This document shows positions 8,953-23,054 of a DNA stretch of 64,000 bases, one piece after another. Origin of the DNA: Candidatus Latescibacterota bacterium (GTDB taxonomy: Bacteria; Latescibacterota; UBA2968; GCA-2709665); the NCBI GenBank assembly GCA_965237675.1, contig OZ250150.1, positions 3,456,001 to 3,520,000 on the forward strand, in the 5' to 3' direction. Under the pieces are notes generated by a model that worked only from the letters and a program-made list of their open reading frames with translations, had not been told where the DNA came from and did no database searches. The translations under genes and the position numbers were made by a program. How positions within the stretch are numbered: position 1 is the first letter of the stretch; each line of letters starts with the position of its first letter.

Positions 8953-8981
8953 TTGACATTGATATGCCGTTTGTCTACATT
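8953..8981 (+). promoter_or_regulatory. rrn promoter
   Basis: A-tract then TTGACA-17-TACATT; boxA-like GTTCTTTGACAA near 9022. Confidence 0.75.
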
Positions 8982-9130
8982 TGGGGACTTCCGCAGATTG
9001 TGTACGTGCGGAATGATCGCCGTTCTTTGACAATCGAATAACGTGCATGAGTTTTACCCGACTGGTATTCCCAGGTCTTGTACCTGGATCTTACGGTGTG
9101 AAAACCCCGAATTCGGGGTCTGATATTTTT

Positions 9131-10692
<1,562 letters not shown>

Positions 10693-10801
10693 GGGAGACA
10701 TGACATAAGGTCGTCAATGACGTTTATGTCTACTCTCAGGTCATTTGCCGTTGGGATTCTCGTGCACGTTATTTGATTGTCGAAGGCCTGCGGTGCGTTC
10801 A

Positions 10802-10878
<77 letters not shown>

Positions 10879-10899
10879 GAATACCTGTTTATAAAATCG

Positions 10900-10975
10900 G
10901 GGGATATAGCTCAGCTGGGAGAGCGCAGCCTTTGCAAGGCTGAGGTCACCGGTTCGATCCCGGTTATCTCCACCA
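10900..10975 (+). tRNA. tRNA-Ala (TGC)
   Basis: GGGGATA/TATCTCC acceptor stem with G3-U70, TTTGCAA anticodon loop, encoded CCA. Confidence 0.98.
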
Positions 10976-11364
10976 AAGTCCTATTGAAACCTGGGGACGC
11001 GCGTCCCCGCTTGTTCTTTGACAACCGAATACGGAATACGAAAGGCCATGCGGGAGTTTTTGTTTCCGTATGGACTTTCGTGGGTATGCTGCAATTTAGC
11101 ATAGCCGATCTCGTTCACGAAGCTGTCTAAAATGCCGATTCCGGCCTCCGCGGGTTGCGGGTAAAGACGTGCGGCAAAGATTCCGCCGTCGTAACCGGAG
11201 GATTCGGCAGCGGGCGCCAGGATGCTACTAGTCCTGTGCGGCGTTGCCGGGAACCGGTTTGGTTAGCGACTTTTCCAGTTGCTCGGCTGCAGGCGGTACG
11301 CATTTGACAACGGCTTCTTGTGGATTGTGCAGAACACACACGTGATCTGCCGAGAACCTGTTTT

Positions 11365-14395
<3,031 letters not shown>

Positions 14396-14477
14396 ATTAA
14401 CGGTTTCTCGGCGGATCGTCTGTGCATTTTGTAATGCAGCAAGATCCTAATTCCGTATTTCGGTTGTCAATTTTGTT

Positions 14478-14597
14478 TTCCTGGTGGCTATAGCGGAGGG
14501 GGTACACCTCTTTCCATTCCGAACAGAGAAGTTAAGCCTTCCAGCGCCGATGGTACTGCTTGGGTAACCTTGTGGGAGAGTAGGTCGCTGCCGGGAA
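14478..14597 (+). rRNA. rrf: 5S rRNA
   Basis: TTCCTGGTGGC..GCTGCCGGGAA ends, CCATTCCGAAC, GAAGTTAAGC, CGATGGTACT, GGGAGAGTAGG. Confidence 0.97.
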
Positions 14598-14650
14598 ACC
14601 CCAAACAGGGTCCGGGATTCATCTGAATCCCGGACCCTGTTTGGGGTTTC
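14595..14650. terminator. Long perfect inverted repeat after 5S; probable rrn terminator
   Basis: GAAACCCCAAACAGGGTCCGGGATTC-ATCT-GAATCCCGGACCCTGTTTGGGGTTTC (26-bp arms). Confidence 0.7.
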
Positions 14651-14814
14651 TGGATGTAGAAAGAATGACTTGACATGCCTGTTGTTTCTATATTAATTAG
14701 GTTCTTCGGCCCCGGATGGATTTGTTGGCTGTTTCTCGTCTTTCCGGCGAGGTCGATTCAACGGCGGGCGGCGAATACGTCGCTGCTTTCTTGCGTTTAT
14801 ACAGGAGGAGGCGC

Positions 14815-16908
14815 GTGAATATCGAAACCCCTGACAGGATTCGGAACGTCGCCTTGGTGGGACACAGCAGCACGGGAAAAACCTCGCTGGCCGAGGCCCT
14901 GCTGTTTACGGCAGGCGGAAGCAATCGGCTGGGGACCATCGATGCCGGCACGACGACGTCGGATTTCTCCGAGGCCGAGATCGCGCGAAAAATCTCTATC
15001 GGCATGTCAATGTTGCACTGCGGCTGGAAAGGCACAAAAATCAACATTTTGGACGCGCCGGGATACGCGGATTTCATCGGGGACACCAAAGCGGCGCTCT
15101 GGGCGACGGACAATGCGGTTCTCCTTGTGCATGCGGCCAACGGTATTGAGATCGGGACGGATAAGGCCTGGGGGTTTGCGGAATCTTTCGGGCGTCCTCG
15201 TCTGTTTTTCATCAACCACATCGACAAGGAATTCGCCGATTTCGAAAAGGTCCTTAATGCCTTGCAGGAGCAGTATGGGCGACATGTGCTGCCGTTTCAA
15301 ATTCCCGTCAACCAGGGCGTAGGTTTCAACCAGATCATCGATGTACTGCATCGACGGCTGCTGACTTATCCCGCCGATGCGAGCGGAAAACCCGAAGTTG
15401 GCGAGGTGCCGGCCGATCTTCTCGACGACGTCGAAACCCACCGCGAACAGATTGTCGAAGCCGCCGCTGAAAGCGACGATGAGTTGACGGAGAAATACCT
15501 TGAGGAGGAGGATCTTTCGGAAAAGGACATCCTGAGCGGGCTTAAGGCAGGCATCGTGAACGGAACGACGGTTCCGGTTCTGTGTGGCGACGCGTCCAAG
15601 AATATCGGTACCGATCAATTGCTGGGGTTCCTCGTGGACAATATGATGGCTCCGTCGGAAATGCCCGCCAGGCAAGGACGGATGGTGGCAACGGACGAAT
15701 CTGCCGAACTCCTGCCGTCCGCGGACGGACCTCTTGCCGCCGTTGTGTTCAAGACCGTTTCCGAAACCGTCGGCGATCTCTCTTTCGTGCGTGTCTTCTC
15801 TGGAACGTTGCCAGCGTCCTCCGAGGTGTACAATTCGAATGGGAGATCCGTCGAACGCGTCGGTCAGATCTATATCCTGAACGGTCAGGATCGCGAAGAG
15901 GTCCAAGCGATTTCTGCTGGCGATATGGGGGCGCTTGTAAGGCTGAAAGACACACATAGCGGCAATACGTTGTGCGATCGTCGCACACCGGTTGAGGTTG
16001 CGCCGCTGGAATTCCCGCACCCGCTGATCCGCATCGCTATGGAACCGAAATCACGCGGGGACGAAGAGAAGATAAGCATGGGATTGCAGCGGATCCACGA
16101 AGAGGATCCCAGTTTCATTGCTGGCTACGATCCGGAACTGAAACAGATCATCGTTCAGGGGCAGGGCGAGTTGCACCTCGACGTTGTGCTCGACAAGCTG
16201 AAGCAGAAGTACGGTGTCGAGGTAAATACGGTTCAGCCGAGGATTCCGTATCGTGAGACGATCACGTCCAACGCCGAGGGGCACCACCGGCACAAGAAAC
16301 AGACCGGCGGACGCGGGCAGTTCGGCGAAGCGTATTTGCGAATTGAACCCACAAGCCGTGGCGAAGGATACGAATTTCAGGACGATGTGGTGGGTGGCGC
16401 CATTCCACGCAACTATATTCCGGCTGTGGAAAAAGGGGTGGTCGAAGCCATCGATCGGGGAGTGCTTGCCGGTTACCACGTTGTGGATACGCGGGTAACG
16501 GTCTACGACGGTTCGTATCACCCCGTAGATTCATCCGAAATGGCCTTTCAGATGGCGGGTTCCCAGGCATTCCAGAAAGCGTTTATGAACGCCCGGCCGA
16601 TTCTGCTGGAGCCTATATATAGTATAACGGTGATGGTGCCCGACAAATATATGGGTGATGTCATGGGCGATCTGAACAGCCGCCGCGGCCGAATCCATGG
16701 TATGGACCCGGAGGGCAGTTTTCAGGTCATACGGGCGGAAGTGCCGCTTGCCGAGCTATATAAATATTCGACGTCGCTCCGTTCGATGACGCAGGGCACG
16801 GGTGATTACACGATGGAATTCCACCATTACGAACCTGTACCCGCCGATCTGACCAGGAAAATCGTAGAAGCATCCAAGAAGGAGGAGGGCGAGGCCGTAG
16901 AGGCGTAG
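14815..16908 (+). CDS. fusA: Elongation factor G paralog (EF-G2/FusA2-type)
   Basis: GTG at 14815 after AGGAGGAGG. IRNVALVGHSSTGKTS, DAPG, GQGELHL, KKQTGGRGQFG, DGSYHPVDSSEMAF. Not in the str operon. Confidence 0.92.
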   Translation: MNIETPDRIRNVALVGHSSTGKTSLAEALLFTAGGSNRLGTIDAGTTTSDFSEAEIARKISIGMSMLHCGWKGTKINILDAPGYADFIGDTKAALWATDNAVLLVHAANGIEIGTDKAWGFAESFGRPRLFFINHIDKEFADFEKVLNALQEQYGRHVLPFQIPVNQGVGFNQIIDVLHRRLLTYPADASGKPEVGEVPADLLDDVETHREQIVEAAAESDDELTEKYLEEEDLSEKDILSGLKAGIVNGTTVPVLCGDASKNIGTDQLLGFLVDNMMAPSEMPARQGRMVATDESAELLPSADGPLAAVVFKTVSETVGDLSFVRVFSGTLPASSEVYNSNGRSVERVGQIYILNGQDREEVQAISAGDMGALVRLKDTHSGNTLCDRRTPVEVAPLEFPHPLIRIAMEPKSRGDEEKISMGLQRIHEEDPSFIAGYDPELKQIIVQGQGELHLDVVLDKLKQKYGVEVNTVQPRIPYRETITSNAEGHHRHKKQTGGRGQFGEAYLRIEPTSRGEGYEFQDDVVGGAIPRNYIPAVEKGVVEAIDRGVLAGYHVVDTRVTVYDGSYHPVDSSEMAFQMAGSQAFQKAFMNARPILLEPIYSITVMVPDKYMGDVMGDLNSRRGRIHGMDPEGSFQVIRAEVPLAELYKYSTSLRSMTQGTGDYTMEFHHYEPVPADLTRKIVEASKKEEGEAVEA

Positions 16909-16934
16909 TTCGGAACGATGATCCGATGGCGTCA

Positions 16935-16970
16935 GGGCGGTGTCCTCCTGGACATCGCCCGCTTTCGTTT
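16935..16970 (+). terminator. Putative intrinsic terminator after the EF-G paralog
   Basis: GGGCGGTGTCC-TCCT-GGACATCGCCC followed by GCTTTCGTTT. Confidence 0.55.
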
Positions 16971-17068
16971 CCGGCGGCCGATCCTCCGGAATAGCGTGAA
17001 CTCTGGCCGCAACAGGAAAACGGCGCGGCGCGGCGATGAAACGGTGAGTAAATCCACTCCTTTTTGTA

Positions 17069-17109
17069 TTGCCTAAATGTCCATTTGTTGCTATATTATC
17101 AAATAGTTA
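17069..17109 (+). promoter_or_regulatory. sigma70 promoter of the yebC-ruv operon with overlapping IHF-consensus site
   Basis: TTGCCT-17-TATATT; TATCAA-ATAG-TTA at 17097-17109 matches WATCAA-N4-TTR. Confidence 0.55.
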
Positions 17110-17159
17110 GAGAGATTTTTCAGGGGAATTTGTTGATCTTCGAAGGAGGTGGGCGCTTT

Positions 17160-17912
17160 ATGGCCGGTCATTCGAAATGGGCAAATATCAAACACAAAAA
17201 GGGACGGGCGGATGCCGCCAGAGGCAAGCTGTTTACCAGGCTGATCAGGGAGATTACGGTGTCCGCGCGGGAGGGGGGCGGCGACGAGGCGAATAATTCA
17301 CGGCTCAGGGCGGCCATTTTAAATGCAAAATCCGAGAATATGCCGGCCGTCAATATTGAGCGCGCCGTAAAGAAAGGCACGGGCGACCTGCCGGGCGAAT
17401 CGTACGAAGCCGCGGTTTACGAGGGATACGGCCCAGGAGGAGTCGCACTCTTCATCGAGGTGTTGACCGATAACAAGAATCGTGCGGTTTCCCACGTGAG
17501 GCATCTGCTCAACAAATATAACGCCAGCATGGCCGAAAGTGGCTCCGTTGCCTGGGTTTTCGATCAGAAGGGACTGGTTGTCGTGCCCAGAGACAACGTC
17601 GATGAAGAGACGATGATGATGGCCGCCCTCGAGGCCGGAGCCGAAGACATCGTCGAAGAGGAAGCGGTATACGAGGTTTACACGTCGCCGCAGGGCTTCG
17701 ACGGGGTGCAGAAAGCGTTGGCGGCACACGAGATTCCCGTTGAGCGTGCCGAGCTGACACGGGTGCCGCAGAATACGGTTCCCGTTGAGGGAAACACGGC
17801 GGCTCAGGTGATTCGATTGCTGGAGAGGTTGGAATCCGAGGATGACGTACAGAGGGTCTATGCGAATTTCGAGATGGATGAAGAGCAGTTGTCCGCTCTG
17901 ATTTCGTCATAG
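17160..17912 (+). CDS. yebC: YebC/PmpR family protein
   Basis: MAGHSKWANIKHKKG, YEGYGPGG, LTDNKNR; AAGGAGGT RBS. Confidence 0.96.
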   Translation: MAGHSKWANIKHKKGRADAARGKLFTRLIREITVSAREGGGDEANNSRLRAAILNAKSENMPAVNIERAVKKGTGDLPGESYEAAVYEGYGPGGVALFIEVLTDNKNRAVSHVRHLLNKYNASMAESGSVAWVFDQKGLVVVPRDNVDEETMMMAALEAGAEDIVEEEAVYEVYTSPQGFDGVQKALAAHEIPVERAELTRVPQNTVPVEGNTAAQVIRLLERLESEDDVQRVYANFEMDEEQLSALISS

Positions 17913-18020
17913 TACAACCGTGTCCGACCGACCTGTTCGCCTCAGCACGGGCGTCTGGCACGGTCTGCGGTCTTCTCCGCGCGTATCGAGTTCAATCCGC
18001 GCACCGGAAAGGCGGACACC

Positions 18021-18665
18021 TTGCTCGTTATGGGTATCGACCCGGGCAGTGTGATTACCGGTTACGGAGTGGTGGAATATCAGCGCAGGAAGAGCCGGCT
18101 GGTTGCATGTGGAGGTTTGCGCCCGGATCCCGGACTTTCTTTTGCCAGACGACTGCTGGAGATTCACGATGGCCTGCTCCGGCTGGTTGAAGAATATTCA
18201 CCTGATGAAGCTGCCGTCGAAAATGTTTTTTATAGTGCCAACGTGAAGACATTGATAAAGATGTGCGAAGCCCGGGGGGCGATTAAAGTGGCACTGGCCA
18301 AGTCGGATCTGCCCATTTACGAATACGCGCCTCGCGAGGTCAAACAAGCTGTCGTCGGCCGTGGAGGGGCTTCCAAGGAGCAGGTTCAGTTTATGATACG
18401 AAGTCTGTTCGGTCGCGAACATGTCAGCGGTCCATACGATATAACCGACGCGCTGGCTGTCGCGGTCTGCCACGTGAACCGAATTCAGGCCCCGGGCGTT
18501 CATGCACAGCACCAAAAAGCCCTCGAGGGAAAACCGGCGGCGGCCTTTCCGACCACCGGGAGCGCGAACGCACGTGCGAGGCAAACGAACCGGCTGAAAC
18601 AGAAGCTTTCCGAGTTGAGCGTCGATACGGGTCGGACGACCGGGCAGAAACGAAAGGGTCGGTAA
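18021..18665 (+). CDS. ruvC: Holliday junction resolvase RuvC (with C-terminal extension)
   Basis: MGIDPG..TGYGVV, AVENVF, EYAPREVKQAVVGRGGASKEQV, DITDALAVA; TTG start. Confidence 0.95.
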   Translation: MLVMGIDPGSVITGYGVVEYQRRKSRLVACGGLRPDPGLSFARRLLEIHDGLLRLVEEYSPDEAAVENVFYSANVKTLIKMCEARGAIKVALAKSDLPIYEYAPREVKQAVVGRGGASKEQVQFMIRSLFGREHVSGPYDITDALAVAVCHVNRIQAPGVHAQHQKALEGKPAAAFPTTGSANARARQTNRLKQKLSELSVDTGRTTGQKRKGR

Positions 18666-18669
18666 TCGA

Positions 18670-19263
18670 ATGATCACCTACCTGGAAGGCAAACTGGCCG
18701 TAAACAGCCCCACGCATCTGGTCGTCGACGTTGCAGGCGTCGGATTTTTCGTCAATATTCCACTTTCAAGCTACGACGCGAACCGGGCTCGGGGTGAAAC
18801 CCTCAGAATATTGACCCATCTGCATGTGCGTGAGGATGCGCTGACGATTTTCGGATTCGTAACTGAAGCCGAGCGAGGCTTGTTTGAGTTATTGATTTCA
18901 GTTTCGGGAATCGGCCCTCCATTGGCCCAGAAGATCCTCTCCGGCGTTCCAATTCGGGTCTTTCGCAGGTTGGTGGCAGCTGAAGATGCACGTGGGCTGA
19001 CAACGATAAAAGGGATCGGCCAGAAGTTGGCGCAGCGTCTGGTGCTCGAGTTGAAGGACCGGATTGGCGATGTCCCCGACGTCGACGTGGGGGAGCGAGT
19101 CTCGCCTGTCGTGGCGGCACGGGCCGAGGAAGCGGCTCTGGCGCTTGCGGGTCTGGGGGTTCCGCAGTTGCAGGCACGCAGCGTGGTGACCCATGTGGTT
19201 CGTGATCACGGTAACGACGTACCGATAGAAGAGATTATCCGAGAAGCGCTACGGCGTCTATAG
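18670..19263 (+). CDS. ruvA: Holliday junction branch migration protein RuvA
   Basis: MITYLEG, HVREDA..FGF, SVSGIGP, KGIGQKLAQRLVLELKD. Confidence 0.96.
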   Translation: MITYLEGKLAVNSPTHLVVDVAGVGFFVNIPLSSYDANRARGETLRILTHLHVREDALTIFGFVTEAERGLFELLISVSGIGPPLAQKILSGVPIRVFRRLVAAEDARGLTTIKGIGQKLAQRLVLELKDRIGDVPDVDVGERVSPVVAARAEEAALALAGLGVPQLQARSVVTHVVRDHGNDVPIEEIIREALRRL

Positions 19264-19514
19264 TGTTCTTCCCCGGAAATGGATTGCCGTAATTCGGCCG
19301 ACGAGTCGGGATGAACCGGCGCCTGTCTGCGTGCAGCCTCACGCACGCAGACAGGGAAGAATGGTGACATATTTCAGGAACAGGAAACAGGGTCCGCTGA
19401 CGGGCCAATCTCCGCTGGAGAACCTCGCCGGAAGCTGAGCCCCAACGCCCAATCTGATGTCTCTGCGTTGGAGAAAGAACGTGAGATTGCGGCATCAACG
19501 GAAGACAGATCAAA

Positions 19515-20537
19515 ATGAATGAAAGGATCAGCGATCCCCAGACGCAGGATCAGGACCAGTTTGAAGGCAACGAGCAGTTGCGCCCGGCGCGATTTGCAGA
19601 TATGACCGGACAGGAGAAGGTTAAGGAGAAACTGCGGATTGCGGTCGATGCGGCAACGCACCGGGGCGACGCCATGGACCACGCACTTCTATACGGTCCT
19701 CCCGGACTGGGAAAGACAACGCTGGCATATGTGCTCGCCAACGAATTGGGGGCCGAAATCGCGCCGACTTCCGGCCCTGTGCTTGAACGGGCGGCCGATC
19801 TGGCGGGTTTGCTGACCAATTTAAACGAAAAGGACGTCTTGTTTATTGATGAGATCCATCGGATGAACAGGGTTGTAGAGGAAACGCTGTATCCCGCGAT
19901 GGAGGATTTCGTGCTGGACATTATGCTCGACAGTGGTCCAGGCGCGCGCTCTTACAGAGTCCCTCTCGAGCGATTTACCCTCATCGGCGCAACCACACGC
20001 TATGGCCTGTTGACCGGTCCAATGCGGTCCCGCTTCGGAATCATCGAGCGGCTGGACTTTTACACGGAACCGGAGTTACAGACAATCGTCGAGCGTGCCG
20101 CACGAATATTCAAAATTGAGATCCATCCTGAGGGAGCTTTTGAAATTGCGCGTCGGTCGCGGGGTACCGCACGGATTGCGACACGGCTGTTGCGAAGATC
20201 GCGGGACTATGCACAGGCGCGCGCGCAGGGTACGATTACGCTCGATGTCGCAGGTCGCGCGCTCGAATTGGCCGACATAGATAACGAGGGGCTGGACGAG
20301 ATGGACCGCAGACTCCTCTCGATGCTGGTGGAGAAGTACGGAGGGGGTCCGGTTGGCCTGAATAACCTGGCAGCAGCGCTGGGTGAAGAACCGGATACCA
20401 TCGAAGATGTCTATGAGCCGTACCTGATTCAGGAAGGTTATCTGCTGCGCACCCACAGGGGGCGACAGGCGACGTCGCATGCCTATCGGCATTTGGGGTT
20501 GAAACCTCCGGACGGGAGGCAGGGGCGCTTGATATGA
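19515..20537 (+). CDS. ruvB: Holliday junction helicase RuvB
   Basis: [39 protein letters not shown]. Confidence 0.98.
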   Translation: MNERISDPQTQDQDQFEGNEQLRPARFADMTGQEKVKEKLRIAVDAATHRGDAMDHALLYGPPGLGKTTLAYVLANELGAEIAPTSGPVLERAADLAGLLTNLNEKDVLFIDEIHRMNRVVEETLYPAMEDFVLDIMLDSGPGARSYRVPLERFTLIGATTRYGLLTGPMRSRFGIIERLDFYTEPELQTIVERAARIFKIEIHPEGAFEIARRSRGTARIATRLLRRSRDYAQARAQGTITLDVAGRALELADIDNEGLDEMDRRLLSMLVEKYGGGPVGLNNLAAALGEEPDTIEDVYEPYLIQEGYLLRTHRGRQATSHAYRHLGLKPPDGRQGRLI

Positions 20538-20575
20538 CGCCGAACGGTGACGGATTCGCCGCGGGAGGTGGACCG

Positions 20576-21259
20576 ATGTACGTGTTGGGACTTGAAACCT
20601 CGACACCGGTGTGCAGCGTCGGGTTGGTGGATGACGAGCAGGTGGTCGTGTCCTATTCACAGAATACGGGATTGCGCCACGCGGAACGGACGATGGCGAT
20701 GGTTGAACGGGCAATGGAAGATGCGGGACTCGCGCCGGCGGATCTGAACGGGGTGGCCGTGGGATCGGGTCCGGGTTCGTTTACAGGCCTGCGGATTGGA
20801 ATGGCCGCGGCGAAAGGGCTGTGTGTCGCGTTGAAGCTGCCACTGTTGGCAGTACCGACATTGAAAGGAATGGCGGCACAGGTTGTCTTTGAGGGTATGC
20901 CGGTCTGTGCGTTACTCGATGCCCGCCGCGACGACGTCTACGCTGGCGTATACGGTCTCAATGCGGGCGTCCTAATGCCGCTCCTGCCAGATGCCGCGAT
21001 TCCCGTGGGGGATCTGATGCCGAAATTACCAAGGCCCGTTCTGATAGTCGGCAAAGGTGCGTTGACATACCGGGATCGGATCGAGGCATACATGGGCGAG
21101 GACGTCCGATTTGCTCCCGGAGCCGTCCATCCCAATGGTGCATCGGTGGCGCTGCTGGGCGCTGACGCGCTGCGAGGCGGGCATGCGGTCGACGTGGCAA
21201 CGGCGGAACCTGAATATTTGCGCCGGAGTCCGGCGGAGAACGCGAGAGTCAAACGATAG
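20576..21259 (+). CDS. tsaB: tRNA threonylcarbamoyladenosine biosynthesis protein TsaB
   Basis: VLGLETS, GPGSFTGLRIG, LDARRDDVY, EPEYLR. Confidence 0.95.
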   Translation: MYVLGLETSTPVCSVGLVDDEQVVVSYSQNTGLRHAERTMAMVERAMEDAGLAPADLNGVAVGSGPGSFTGLRIGMAAAKGLCVALKLPLLAVPTLKGMAAQVVFEGMPVCALLDARRDDVYAGVYGLNAGVLMPLLPDAAIPVGDLMPKLPRPVLIVGKGALTYRDRIEAYMGEDVRFAPGAVHPNGASVALLGADALRGGHAVDVATAEPEYLRRSPAENARVKR

Positions 21260-21260
21260 C

Positions 21261-21806
21261 ATGCCGATGCCGGCTCGAAGGAGTCCGAAATCAATGCGGG
21301 TCGATTCGCAGGAGCTATCCGAATACAGACTCGGTGAAATGGGTGCGGGGCATCTCGATGCGGTCGTAGATATCGAGCGCGTGGGATTCGCGAACCCGTG
21401 GAGCAAACGGGATTTTGAAAATGCGCTATCCAGGCAGGACAGCTATTGCCTCGTTTTCCTGTCCGGTAGCCGGGTCGTCGCATATGCGGTTGGCTTTCTA
21501 GTGCCCAACGAATACCACCTGGCCGATCTGGCAGTTCACCCGGACTTTCGGCGCCGTGGACTCGGTCGACAGTTTATGAAGGCGGTGCTGGAAGGGTTAC
21601 CTGATCGAAATGTACAGGTGGTGAGCCTTGAGGTGCGGATTTCCAACGTGCCGGCCATCGGGTTATACAGGAAGCTCGGTTTTCGGACCGTCGCGATTCG
21701 TCGCGGGTATTACAGCGAACCCGTGGAAGATGCGCTCGTTATGTTGAAGACGCTTTACGGACGTCTTTTCGAGTGGGTAAACAGTGGCGTTGCGGCTTTG
21801 TATTAG
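21261..21806 (+). CDS. rimI: Ribosomal protein S18 alanine N-acetyltransferase RimI
   Basis: IERVGFANPWS, LAVHPDFRRRGLG, LEVRISNVPAIGLY, RRGYY..EDALVM. Start uncertain. Confidence 0.9.
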   Translation: MPMPARRSPKSMRVDSQELSEYRLGEMGAGHLDAVVDIERVGFANPWSKRDFENALSRQDSYCLVFLSGSRVVAYAVGFLVPNEYHLADLAVHPDFRRRGLGRQFMKAVLEGLPDRNVQVVSLEVRISNVPAIGLYRKLGFRTVAIRRGYYSEPVEDALVMLKTLYGRLFEWVNSGVAALY

Positions 21807-21827
21807 TCAAAGGCAGGCGAGTGGCGT

Positions 21828-22892
21828 ATGTTCGACCAGGCAGTCGTGGGACAGAAGCGCGTGACGGAGCGGCTTGAGCGAATGACGCGAAGCGCAAATC
21901 TTCCACACGCCCTCTTGTTTACCGGGCCTGAGGGTACGGGAAAGGTCGCCGCAGCCCTTGAAATGGCGAGAAGCCTCTACTGCGACCGACGGAAGAAGGG
22001 TTGCTGCGAGGATTGCGGGGGATGCAGGAAAACAGCCGGTCTGAACCACCCCGACTTGTCTCTGCTGTTTCCGTTTTTGGCCCGAACGTCGCCCGAGATG
22101 GAGCGAGAGACGTTGCGCCAGATTGTGAACGACCCCTACGGATACCCGCTGCCGGCCGAACCCGCCACGCTCTCCATCGAGCAGATTCGAGCTTTGCAGA
22201 AGCAGTTTGCGTATGGCGCATTCGAGGGGGGTTGGCGGGTAGCGGTCGTTATGCACGCGGATCGAATGCGTGTTGAAGCAGCCAATGCGTTGCTGAAAAT
22301 GCTGGAAGAACCACCGGTTCGTTCTCTGTTGATTCTCACGTCGTCCAGCCAGGAGTCCCTGCTGCCAACGATCGTTTCGCGGTGTCAGTGGGTGGTGTTT
22401 TCTTCCGTTCCGGATAGCGACGCGGCACGGATGTTGATTGAGGGGTTAGAAGTTGAAGCCGACAGGGCGTTGTCCATCGCGCGGTCCTGCGGCGGAAACC
22501 TCAGGCGTGCACGCGAAATGGCCGATGCCGAGGGTGAAGACCTGCAGGACCGTGCGTATCGGTTTCTGGCGGCGCTTCTGTGGGACGATGAGGCCAGAAC
22601 CCATGCGGCACTGGAAAAACTGGCTGCAGATCGAGATGAAGCCTTACAACTGCTTGGCGGCGCGGAGATGTGGTTGCGGGACGTCCTGGTTCTTCGCTAT
22701 GGTGATGTAGAACGTGTGACCCACCGGCGCAGGGTAGACGATATTCGGCGACTGTCCCGGGCCTTTGACCTGGAGGGCTTGCAGCAGACAGCTGACAGGA
22801 TCGAGTCGTTGCGGGAGATGAATCGCCGCAACGTCAATCTGCAGGTTGGCCTCGTATCTTTCTGGCGTGAGGTCAAGAGAGTTGGGAACTAG
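21828..22892 (+). CDS. holB: DNA polymerase III delta' subunit
   Basis: HALLFTGPEGTGK, Cys cluster, HPDL, AANALLKMLEEPP, LLPTIVSRC. Confidence 0.93.
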   Translation: MFDQAVVGQKRVTERLERMTRSANLPHALLFTGPEGTGKVAAALEMARSLYCDRRKKGCCEDCGGCRKTAGLNHPDLSLLFPFLARTSPEMERETLRQIVNDPYGYPLPAEPATLSIEQIRALQKQFAYGAFEGGWRVAVVMHADRMRVEAANALLKMLEEPPVRSLLILTSSSQESLLPTIVSRCQWVVFSSVPDSDAARMLIEGLEVEADRALSIARSCGGNLRRAREMADAEGEDLQDRAYRFLAALLWDDEARTHAALEKLAADRDEALQLLGGAEMWLRDVLVLRYGDVERVTHRRRVDDIRRLSRAFDLEGLQQTADRIESLREMNRRNVNLQVGLVSFWREVKRVGN

Positions 22893-23054
22893 TGTCCCGT
22901 CCCAGAAATATGTCACCATTCTGCCACCGGTCCATCCCGTCTCGCTGCGTTCGGCCGACCTTACAAAGGTCGCAGGCGTCTTGCGAGCCGGGCGACTCGT
23001 CGGCCGAATTTCGGCAATCTATTTCCAGGACAGAACACCAGGAAGGTTGGGTGA

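Noticed and set aside
14670-14698. TTGACA upstream of the EF-G paralog as a promoter
   Set aside because: TATATT is only 13 nt away, and no good -10 lies at 16-18 nt spacing.
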